This document shows positions 25,301-36,200 of a stretch of 64,000 nt of DNA, piece after piece; positions within the stretch are counted from its first letter, which is position 1; each line of letters opens with the position of its first letter. Under the pieces are notes generated by a model. That model saw only the letters and a list, made by a program, of their open reading frames with translations, did not search any database and was not told where the DNA came from. The stretch lies in the NCBI GenBank assembly GCA_964016885.1, contig OZ024759.1, positions 7,440,001 through 7,504,000 of the forward strand, in the 5' to 3' direction. The translations under genes and the position numbers were made by a program. This DNA is from Eledone cirrhosa. Its lineage: Eukaryota.

Positions 25301-25595
25301 TAGCTCCCTCTCCCTGACATATGGCGATTAGCTCCCTCTCCCTGACATATGGGGATTAGCTCCCTTCCCCTGACATATGGGGATTAGCTCCCTCTCCCTG
25401 ACATATGGGGTTTAGCTCCCTCTCCCTGACATATGGGGATTAGCTCCCTTTCCCTGACATATGGCGATTAGCTCCCTTCCCCTGACATATGGGGATTAGC
25501 TCCCTTTCCCTGACATATGGCGATTAGCTCCCTTTCCCTGACATATGGGGATTAGCTCCCTTTCCCTGACATATGGGGTTTAGCTCCCTTTCCCA
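22333..25595. repeat. 28-bp minisatellite (about 115 copies)
   Basis: GGGGATTAGCTCCCTCTCCCTGACATAT and variants, with 21-bp short variants at the left end. Confidence 0.97.
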
Positions 25596-25632
25596 GACTA
25601 ATGTCTTCTTTGTTCTTCCCTTCATCTTCCAG

Positions 25633-25872
25633 ACTATGAACGTGCTGCTTGTCTTTCTGAGAAATTACTCACCAGCCTCCCGGCCCACGTCACCTCACAA
25701 AGTTTCTCCACACCCATGCTCATCCAAATAATCGCCATCAACCTATTTACTATGCACCACGCCAAGCGGCAAATGAATGATGGTTTCTTTGACTCAAACA
25801 GCCAACCTGACAAGCAGGAAGAGGACAGTAAGGTGGAGGAGAAGGGATTTGATATGGCATTTAATTTTACAG
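25633..25872 (+). CDS. SMG7: SMG7 coding exon (DYERAACLSEKLL...IIAINLFTMHH...AFNFT)
   Basis: ttccag acceptor, gtgagt donor, 240 nt open, phase 1-1. INLF..HH motif. Confidence 0.9.
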
Positions 25873-25940
25873 GTGAGTCATTCTACACCTAGCTAGTTCA
25901 CATACTGTCTACTACCCAGCCTACTGTATAATATATATAT

Positions 25941-27318
25941 GGAGGCACATGGCTTAGTGGTTAGAGCATTGGCCTTGCAATCGAAAGGTTGTGAGTTCAA
26001 TTCTCGGACCGGGTGATGTGTTGTTTCCTTGAGCAAGACACTTTATTTCACATTGCTCCAGTTTACTCAGCTGTAGAAATGAGATGATAGGACTGGGGTC
26101 CCTATCATTCCACTGCAAAGTGGTCGTGGAGGTGCCACGGCAAAAAAGCACCCAGCCCACACTGTAAAGTGGTCGTGGAGGTGCCACGGCAAAAAAACCC
26201 CAGCCCACACTGTAAAGTGGTCATATAAGCGCCACGGAAAAAAAGCACCCAGCCCACACTGTAAAGTGGTCATGGAGGTGCCACAGAAAAAAAGCACCCA
26301 GCACTCACTGTAAAGTGGTCATGAAGGTGCCACAGAAAAAAAGCACCCAGCCCACACTGTAAAGTGGTCATGGAGGTGCCACAGAAAAAAAGCACCCAGC
26401 ACTCACTGTAAAGTGGTCATGAAGGTGCCACAGAAAAAAAGCACCCAGGCCACACTGTAAAGTGCTCATGGAGGTGTCACAGAAAAAAAGCACCCAGCCC
26501 ACACTGTAAAGTGGTCATGAAGGTGCCACAGATAAAAAAGCACCCAGCCCACACTGTAAAATGGTCATGGAGGTGTCACAGAAAAAAAGCACCCAGCCCA
26601 CACTGTAAAGTGGTCATGAAGGTGCCACAGAAAAAAAGCACCCAGCCCACACTGTAAAGTGGTCATGAAGGTGCCACAGAAAAAAAGCACCCAGCACTCA
26701 CTGTAAAGTGGTCATGAAGGTGCCACAGAAAAAAAGCACCCAGCCCACACTGTAAAGTGGTCATGAAGGTGCCACAGAAAAAAAGCACCCAGCCCACACT
26801 GTAAAGTGGTCATGGAGGTGCCACAGATAAAAAAGCACCCAGCCTACACTGTAAAGTGGTCATGAAGGTGCCACAGAAAAAAAGCACCCAGCCCACACTG
26901 TAAAGTGGTCATGAAGGTGCCACAGAAAAAAAGCACCCAGCACTCACTGTAAAGTGGTCATGAAGGTGCCACAGAAAAAAAGCACCCAGCCCACACTGTA
27001 AAGTGGTCATGGAGGTGCCACAGAAAAAAAGCACCCAGCCCACACTGTAAAGTGGTCATGGAGGTGCCACAGAAAAAAAGCACCCAGCCCACACTGTAAA
27101 GTGGTCATGGATGTGCCACAGAAAAAAAGCACCCAGCACTCACTGTAAATGAGGTTGGTGTTAGGAAGGGCATCCAGCTGTAGAAATCAAGCCAGAATCA
27201 GTTCCTGTATGAGCAAGACATGGTCACCTGAGCTAGCATTGACCACAACAGGTCGACTCGTCTAACCCATGCTAGCGGCGGAAAATGGTCGTTAAATGGG
27301 GATGATGGTGATGATGAT
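25941..27318 (+). mobile_element. SINE-B with family-2 tail and an internal 49-bp segment amplified about 21 times
   Basis: Head at 25941, repeat at 26112-27147 (TGTAAAGTGGTCATGGAGGTGCCACAGAAAAAAAGCACCCAGCCCACAC), tail ...CTAACCCATGCTAGC...(GAT)n. Confidence 0.9.
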
Positions 27319-27669
27319 ATATATACACACACATACACTCACTCACACATGCAGGTGAGTGTTCTACCTAATCAAGGTAGGATATGTAACCATTTTAGAA
27401 CTCAATGTAGTGTTGATGTGTTGACCATCGAAGCAAAGTGAAATCTGTTTTTCTTGTGGAAAGAGGCTATCCTCATACATGTTGAGTATTTAAAACATCA
27501 CACACTTATATATTAAAAAGAAAGTGAGGTTTCACATTAATATCTTTATTGATTATACACTGTCTCAAGTGTTTCATAGATGGGTAGTTCAGTATCTATG
27601 TAAATGTTATAGACCAGACTCCAGCCAGATCTGCTCTTCAGACTTGTTAATCAAGCAAAGCCAAAATAT

Positions 27670-27708
<39 letters not shown>

Positions 27709-27711
<3 letters not shown>

Positions 27712-27897
27712 ATTGTTTCTACTTTAGGCACAAGGCCAGCAATTACCCAGTGCATTACTGGTACTTTATTTTATCGACCCCGTAAGGATGAAAGGCAAAG
27801 TTAACCTCAGCGGGATTTGAACTCAGACCGTAAAGGGACGTAACTATGCTGGAAAGCATGGCGTCCGACCCTCTACCGATACTGCCAATCCACTGCC
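27709..27897 (-). mobile_element. SINE-A
   Basis: Full-length copy. Confidence 0.88.
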
Positions 27898-28083
27898 CAA
27901 TGGTAGTTAAGATTGGATTAATTCACCATAATTGTTTTATTGTATTATATATATTTCTGTTACATGGTTATTCCTGTGACTTCATCAGATGCTACACAAT
28001 CATAGGTGCAGTTATGCAATCACTGATATAATGCAATAAACAATTATGGTTATTTAATCCTTAACTACCATTATTTGATAAAG

Positions 28084-28270
28084 AGGCGGTGGATTGTCAG
28101 TATCGGTAGAGAGTTGGACGCCATGCTTTGATGCATAGAGTTACGGCCCTTTTCAATTTGAGTTCAAATCCCGCCGAGGTTAACTTTGCCTTTCATCCTT
28201 ATGGGGTCGATAAAATAAAGTACCAGTAATGCACTGGGTAATTGCTGGCCTTGTGCCAAAAGTAGAAACA
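28084..28270 (+). mobile_element. SINE-A
   Basis: 14-bp TSD ATTATTTGATAAAG at 28070-28083 and 28271-28284. Confidence 0.9.
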
Positions 28271-28427
28271 ATTATTTGATAAAGGAATACTCTGTCACTC
28301 AATATCCCCTACCTGGGATAAACTACTGACGTGAAGTGCTTTGGGTCACTAGGTCCTGTTTATCATCAGGAAGTTACTACGTAACAACGAAGGTAACACT
28401 CTTGTACAACTATATATATATATATAT

Positions 28428-28668
28428 CATCATCATCATCATTTTATGTCCGCTTTTCCTTGCTTGTAAGGGTGGGACGAGTCCTATTTAGCACAGCATC
28501 TCTCCATTAGTTGTGGTCCTTCGTCATCTCCTCCGTGAGCTTCAGCAACCTGAGGTCAGCTCTCACCACCTCCGCCCATGTTTTTCGTGGTCTTCCTGAA
28601 CTGCGTCTTCCTTCTACTGGCATTTCTTGGCACTTCTTTACCCAGCGGTCATCTTCCATGCTCATCAC
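28428..28668 (-). mobile_element. RTE family 1 3' end
   Basis: Homologous to 2161-2400. Confidence 0.85.
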
Positions 28669-29900
28669 AATCAAGCTATATATGGTGATGTCATACCCAA
28701 AGATTGGTGCAGCAGTATTCTCATAAATTTCTACAAAGGTAAAGGGGATGCTCTGGAGAGGAGCAATTATAGGGGTATAAAACTGATAGATCAGGTTATG
28801 AAAGTGGTAGAAAGAATATTAGCACAACTAATTAGAGAAAGGGTCAAACTAGATGAGATGCAGTTTGGTTTTGTGCCTGGGAAAAGTACAACAGATGCCC
28901 TCTTCTTGGTGAGACAACTACAAGAGAGGTTTTTAGAGAAGAATAAGCCACTATACTTAGCTTTTGTTGACCTAGAGAAGGCCTTTGATAGGGTACCCCG
29001 ATCTGTCATCTGGTGGTCCTTAAGGAAACTAGGTGTAGAGGAATGGCTTGTGAGAACAGTGCAAGCTATGTAGAGAGGTGCTGTCAGTAAAGTGAAAGTA
29101 GGAATGGAGTTTAATGAGGAATTCTAGATACAAGTAGTTCGATATGTAGGAAACGAGTTGGCATAAATTCTTTAAAATGTACACAATGCAGATCTTGGGT
29201 ACACAAGAGATGTAGTGGGATGGTAGGGAAAACTACATATGCAGTAGATGTACAGGGAAATTTGATAGTAGAAGTTGCAGTGATAGACACATTTTTCAAA
29301 TGCAGGTAGGATCTATAGAGGTGGTTGATAGCTTCCGGTACCTAGGTTATCAGATTAGCATGGGAAGGGGGTGTTCCGAGGCCATAGTATCTAGAATAAG
29401 GACAGGTTGAAAGAAGTTTTGGGAGCTGCTTCCTCTGCTGACGAAGAAGGGTTTCTCCCTATGAACGAAAGACCGGTTATATGATGCATGTGTGAGATGC
29501 ATGGTAGTGAGACATGGGCAGCAATTACAGAGGATATGTGACGGCTGGAGAGAAATGAAGCAAGTTGGATGTGCAGTGTCAATGTGCGTGAACGACCAAG
29601 CATGGATATGTTGGGAGAGAAACTGTGTCTGAGAGGGATAGAATGTAGTGTACGAGAGAGGAGACTGCGATGGTATGGACATGTGATGCGCATGGAGGAT
29701 GACCGATGGGTGAAGAAGTGTCATGTAATCCCGGTGGAAGGAAGGCGCAGTAGAGGAAGACCACGAAAATCATGGACGGAGGTGGTGAGAGCAGACGAAA
29801 TGGTGAAGGACCATAATGAATGGAGAGATGCTGTGCTGAATAGGATCCGTCCCACCCTTGCAAGGAGGGAAAAGTGGACGTAAAATGATGATGATGGTGA
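28669..29900 (+). mobile_element. RTE family 1 RT-to-3'-end fragment
   Basis: KGKGD..SNYRGIKL, QFGFVPGKSTTDA, AFVDLEKAFDRV, RRLRWYGHVMRM. The YADD region is deleted near 29135. (GAT)n tail. Confidence 0.92.
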
Positions 29901-29937
29901 CAAAACAGGTAGAAGGATGATGTGTTAACCATCCTTT

Positions 29938-30215
29938 CATCATCATCATCATCATCATCACGGTTTTACATCCATTGTTCCACACCAGCATGGGTTAGAT
30001 GGGTTGTTCTGTTGTAGGCACTGTCTGGTCAGCTGACCTTGTCTTGCTCATATGGGAACTGATCTGGCTTGATTTCTACAGCTGGATGCCCTTCCTAACA
30101 CCAACCTCACTTACAGTGAGTGCTGGGTGCTTTTTTGCCGTGGCGTCTACACGTCCACTTTACAGTGTGGGCTGGGTGCTTTTTTGCCGTGGCCCCTCCA
30201 TGACCCCTTTGCAGT
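29938..30215 (-). mobile_element. RTE family 2a 3'UTR fragment (or SINE-B tail)
   Basis: Homologous to 15173-15430. Confidence 0.8.
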
Positions 30216-30354
30216 TATAACTACTCCAGGAACTACTAACCACGGAACTTTCAGGAATCTACCCTCCGAAAAACCTAAGTAAACATCTTGTTGAGTCAAC
30301 TAGCACTGAACGTTGAAATATTCCTCGGTACAGATATATATATATATATATATA

Positions 30355-31755
30355 TGATGATGATGGCTGCCTCCTCATTATCAAGTATGGCCATTGCACG
30401 ATAAAAAAAGAAGAAGAAAGAACACACATATATATTAACAATTAACAGTGCTGCGATCGAATGTGGCTTTTTAGCCCAGCCAATGATCTAAAATGTCTTG
30501 CACAGAGTCGGCAACCAAAACATTCACTGGGAATAGCCGGCTGTGGTTGGAGTTCATGTACTTTTGCATGTCGTTTGAGCCCTCCTACTGATTTACATTC
30601 TCTACCACATGCTTGGCAAGCATGATGAGTAGCATCTCCAACAGCAGCCTGGTAGTCAACCCCTGGTCTCACTTTATGACTGGGAAGATAACCTTTGAGT
30701 CCAGCTTTGCTTAGGCAGAGTCTCGCACAGACGCTGCATGTCAGCACCATAGGAGGACCTTTGCTGTCTGGAGATGTAATAGCAATGCTTTCCTGACATC
30801 CCCTTTTACTTTCTCGTATATGATTTGAGATGCTTCAAGAGCAACTTTCCCCTCATGTACAATCTTTCTCCATTTATTACGGTTAGCAGCAATATTTTCC
30901 CATGTATCAGCAGAGATGTTAACGTCTTACAACGAATCCTTATACCCCTTTTTTGGTTTATGTGGAGGTCGTTTTCATCTCCATAAAAGAGTTGTTTTGG
31001 TATTCTAGAATCCTTCATCCTGGCAAGGTGACCACTCCATCGGAGTCTTTACTTAAGCACAAGAGCTTCTATGCTTTCACACAGAGAGCTTTCCAAAATC
31101 TCGACATCACTGATGTGGTCCCTCCAGTGAATGCTATGTATCCGTCTGAGACACATCTTGTGGACACGCTGCATATGTCTCACTGACCCCAGAGTCGCCT
31201 TTCTAGCTTTCCCAAAGCATCACTTGTTTTCCTAATCCTGAGTGGGATTTCATTATCAAGGTTGCTGTATCGATTGACAGTGCTTCCCAGGTAGACAAAC
31301 TGATCAACCACTCCAAGTCGTTTACCATACACATAGATATTTGGTTCACTGTACTGCTTACCAGGGGTAGGTTGGTACATGACGACGGTTTTCTTGGACT
31401 GACAGTCAATACTAGGGCAGTGCAAGCTTTGGGAAATGCATTCAAAATGTGCTGCATATCACTCTCTGTGTGCGCTACAAGATCGCAATCATCTGCATAC
31501 GAGAGGTCTCTTATGGTTGATATAAATACTTTTGTTTTTGCAGCAAAGCACCTGATGTTAAATATGCTGCCAGAGGTTTGATAGTTGATGTAAATACCAT
31601 GCTCGCAATTCCTGAATGCAATACAGAAAACCATTGCAAAGTATATGGCAAACAGGGTCCACTTTATTTTTTACTGAGATAGGCTCCGACATGTTATCTC
31701 TGACATTAATCCAAGCTTTCATGTCATCATGGAAAGACCTAACCAAAGCAAGGAA
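30355..31755 (-). mobile_element. RTE-clade LINE family 3 with three C-terminal C2H2 zinc fingers, 5'-truncated
   Basis: RDLSYADDC, FVYLGSTV, RMKDSRIPKQLFYG RT/C-terminal motifs. C2H2 fingers at 30442-30750. Confidence 0.88.
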
Positions 31756-32079
31756 CATATATATGTGTATATGTGTATATACTGTAGTAAAAGTTAGGTA
31801 GAAATATCCAAGGGTAAGAACACTCATCCCAATAACAAGTTTAGTATAAATAATTACAACAATGACATAAACAGGTACTCAAGTTTCATTGAGTTCTGGA
31901 CCCTGACTCATCCAGCATATCATAAGAAAAATAAAACATATATATGTATATATAAACTTATGCATAACAGGGTGTATTACAAAAATGAATTGTGTAGTTA
32001 CCACCACAGTTTTTTAAAAATTGTATAAGCCTCACTGTGAAAATGTAAAGTAAATACGTATTATTCTCTTTTTACACAG

Positions 32080-32253
32080 CGGTGGATTGGCAGTGTCGGT
32101 AGAGGGTCGGACGCCATGCTTTGACACATAGAGTTACGGCCCTTGCCATTCTGAGTTCAAATCCCGCCGAGCTTAACTTTGCCTTTCATCCTTACGGGGT
32201 CGATAAAATAAAGTACCAGTAATTGCTGGCCTTGTGCCAAAAAAGTAGAAACA
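32080..32253 (+). mobile_element. SINE-A
   Basis: 20-bp TSD ATTATTCTCTTTTTACACAG at 32060-32079 and 32254-32273. Confidence 0.9.
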
Positions 32254-32313
32254 ATTATTCTCTTTTTACACAGAAAAATACACCTTATTTGCTGTCTTCC
32301 AGAAGATAAAGAT

Positions 32314-32367
<54 letters not shown>

Positions 32368-32375
32368 ATAGCAGC

Positions 32376-32568
32376 CTACTTTTGGCACAACTATTACTTT
32401 TGGCCAGCTATTACCCCAGTGTATTACTGGTACTTTATTTTATCGACCCCGTAAGGATGAAAGGCAAAGTTAACCTCGGCTGATTTGAATTCAGAATGGA
32501 AAGGGCCGTAACTCAATGCTTCAAAGCATGGCATCCGACCCTCTACCGATACTGTCAATCCACTGCCC
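32376..32568 (-). mobile_element. SINE-A
   Basis: Same family, opposite orientation to 32080-32253. Confidence 0.85.
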
Positions 32569-32600
32569 TCTACTAATATAATACAGACATCATTGTTATA

Positions 32601-32909
32601 TACCGTGTACCTTTGTGTATTCGCGGTCCCTATAATTCGCGGAATTTTCCTTAGAACCTAACTAATGAATATTCCTGGAAACCACCGACTATTCACGGAA
32701 TCGTAAATAACTTCCGCCATTTTTTTAATGTTTTTTTTCATGGCAATATATATTTTTAATAACAATATACCGTATTTGTCAGCTTATATTTTACATTGTA
32801 TTTTGACGTTTATAGACATTTTAAGGACCACGTCCAACATTCGTGGCTTTTCACTCTTCACGGGTGCCCTAGGAACATAACCCCCGTGAATACTGGGAGA
32901 CTACTGTAT
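32601..32909. mobile_element. Tc1/mariner (pogo/Tigger-like) MITE
   Basis: TA-flanked imperfect TIRs (CCGTGTACC..GTATTCGCGG / CCGTGAATAC..ACTACTG). A second copy lies at about 63185-63897. Confidence 0.6.
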
Positions 32910-32955
32910 ATTTCTACTGAATTTTATTTGTGTTTGTTTTTACTTTTTCTTTCAG

Positions 32956-33103
32956 TTTTACTTCTGGACATATTGTTACATTACACACCAAAACAAGAAC
33001 AGAAACTTCGAGATTTTTTCACTTTACCTGCAATCAAAATACTTTTGGATTGGTTGTGGTCAGATCCAGTTTATTTCAGTAATAACATTCTGAAATCTTC
33101 CAG
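32956..33103 (+). CDS. SMG7: SMG7 coding exon (VLLLDILLHYTPKQEQKLRDFFTLPAIKILLDWLWSDP...)
   Basis: tttcag acceptor, gtgagt donor, phase 1-2. LPA.K...DWL motif. Confidence 0.92.
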
Positions 33104-33254
33104 GTGAGTACATGAAAGTTAACCAGTTTGTTACTTGATTCCTATTTGTGGTTGAGACTGTACCTCTGTATGTCACAGGTGACTATAAAGGGTTGGTATC
33201 AGGAATGGCCTCTGGATGTAAAACATTGTCTCACAAAGGGGCCCCTTTGTGAAT

Positions 33255-36200
33255 GTAATGAAAGGGTTAATGACATAGACAGTGTCTTTCATTAGAAATA
33301 TAGTAATGAAAGGGTTAATGACATAGACAGTGTCTTTCATTAGAAATATGGTAATGAAAGGGTTAATGACATAGACAGTGTCTTTCATTAGAAATATAGT
33401 AATGAAAGGGTTAATGACATAGACAGTGTCTTTCATTAGAAATATGGTAATGAAAGGGTTAATGACATAGACAGTGTCTTTCATTAGAAATATGGTAATG
33501 AAAGGGTTAATGACATAGACAGTGTCTTTCATTAGAAATATAGTAATGAAAGGGTTAATGACATAGACAGTGTCTTTCATTAGAAATATGGTAATGGAAG
33601 GGTTAATGACATAGACAGTGTCTTTCATTAGAAATATAGTAATGAAAGGGTTAATGACATAGACAGTGTCTTTCATTAGAAATATGGTAATGAAAGGGTT
33701 AATGACATAGACAGTGTCTTTCATTAGAAATATAGTAATGAAAGGGTTAATGACATAGACAGTGTCTTTCATTAGAAATATGGTAATGAAAGGGTTAATG
33801 ACATAGACAGTGTCTTTCATTAGAAATATAGTAATGAAAGGGTTAATGACATAGACAGTGTCTTTCATTAGAAATATGGTAATGAAAGGGTTAATGACAT
33901 AGACAGTGTCTTTCATTAGAAATATGGTAATGAAAGGGTTAATGACATAGACAGTGTCTTACATTAGAAATATGGTAATGAAAGGGTTAATGACATAGAC
34001 AGTGTCTTTCATTAGAAATATAGTAATGAAAGGGTTAATGACATAGACAGTGTCTTTCATTAGAAATATGGTAATGGAAGGGTTAATGACATAGACAGTG
34101 TCTTTCATTAGAAATATGGTAATGAAAGGGTTAATGACATAGACAGTGTCTTTCATTAGAAATATGGTAATGGAAGGGTTAATGACATAGACAGTGTCTT
34201 TCATTAGAAATATAGTAATGAAAGGGTTAATGACATAGACAGTGTCTTTCATTAGAAATATAGTAATGAAAGGGTTAATGACTTAGGTAGTGTCTTTCAC
34301 TAGAAATATGTTAATGAAAAGGTTAATGACATAGACAGTGTCTTTCATTAGAAATATGGTAATGAAAGGGTTAATGACATAGACAGTGTCTTTCAGTAGA
34401 AATATAGTAATGGAAGGGTTAATGACATAGACAGTGTCTTTCCTTTAGAAATATGGTAATGAAAGAGTTAATGACATAGGTAGTGTCTTTCATTAGAAAT
34501 ATGGTAATGAAAGGGTTAATGACATAGACAGTGTCTTTCATTAGAAATATGGTAATGAAAAGGTTAATGACATAGACAGTGTCTTTCATTAGAAATATGG
34601 TAATGGAAGGGTTAATGACATAGACAGTGTCTTTCATTAGAAATATAGTAATGAAAGGGTTAATGACATAGACAGTGTCTTTCATTAGAAATATGGTAAT
34701 GAAAAGGTTAATGACATAGACAGTGTCTTTCATTAGAAATATGGTAATGGAAGGGTTAATGACATAGACAGTGTCTTTCACTAGAAATATGGTAATGAAA
34801 GGGTTAATGACATAGACAGTGTCTTTCATTAGAAATATGGTAATGAAAGGGTTAATGACATAGACAGTGTCTTTCATTAGAAATATAGTAATGAAAGGGT
34901 TAATGACATAGACAGTGTCTTTCATTAGAAATATGGTAATGAAAAGGTTAATGACATAGACAGTGTCTTTCATTAGAAATATGGTAATGGAAGGGTTAAT
35001 GACATAGACAGTGTCTTTCACTAGAAATATGGTAATGAAAGGGTTAATGACATAGACAGTGTCTTTCATTAGAAATATGGTAATGAAAGGGTTAATGACA
35101 TAGACAGTGTCTTTCATTAGAAATATAGTAATGAAAGGGTTAATGACATAGACAGTGTCTTTCATTAGAAATATGGTAATGAAAAGGTTAATGACATAGA
35201 CAGTGTCTTTCATTAGAAATATAGTAATGAAAGGGTTAATGACATAGACAGTGTCTTTCATTAGAAATATGGTAATGAAAGGGTTAATGACATAGACAGT
35301 GTCTTTCACTAGAAATATGGTAATGAAAGGGTTAATGACATAGACAGTGTCTTTCACTAGAAATATGGTAATGAAAGGGTTAATGACATAGACAGTGTCT
35401 TTCATTAGAAATATGGTAATGAAAAGGTTAATGACATAGACAGTGTCTTTCATTAGAAATATAGTAATGAAAGGGTTAATGACATAGACAGTGTCTTTCA
35501 TTAGAAATATGGTAATGAAAAGGTTAATGACATAGACAGTGTCTTTCATTAGAAATATGGTAATGGAAGGGTTAATGACATAGACAGTGTCTTTCACTAG
35601 AAATATGGTAATGAAAGGGTTAATGACATAGACAGTGTCTTTCATTAGAAATATGGTAATGAAAGGGTTAATGACATAGACAGTGTCTTTCATTAGAAAT
35701 ATAGTAATGAAAGGGTTAATGACATAGACAGTGTCTTTCATTAGAAATATGGTAATGAAAAGGTTAATGACATAGACAGTGTCTTTCATTAGAAATATGG
35801 TAATGGAAGGGTTAATGACATAGACAGTGTCTTTCACTAGAAATATGGTAATGAAAGGGTTAATGACATAGACAGTGTCTTTCATTAGAAATATGGTAAT
35901 GAAAGGGTTAATGACATAGACAGTGTCTTTCATTAGAAATATAGTAATGAAAGGGTTAATGACATAGACAGTGTCTTTCATTAGAAATATGGTAATGAAA
36001 AGGTTAATGACATAGACAGTGTCTTTCATTAGAAATATAGTAATGAAAGGGTTAATGACATAGACAGTGTCTTTCATTAGAAATATGGTAATGAAAGGGT
36101 TAATGACATAGACAGTGTCTTTCACTAGAAATATGGTAATGAAAGGGTTAATGACATAGACAGTGTCTTTCACTAGAAATATGGTAATGAAAGGGTTAAT

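Noticed and set aside
25941-26015. tRNA genes at SINE heads (also 5392, 19550, 63338)
   Set aside because: A and B boxes are present, but there is no complete cloverleaf or acceptor stem, and the sequence continues into the SINE body and LINE tail.
30442-30750. Stand-alone C2H2 transcription-factor gene
   Set aside because: It is contiguous with RT-derived sequence and a retroposon 3' tail.
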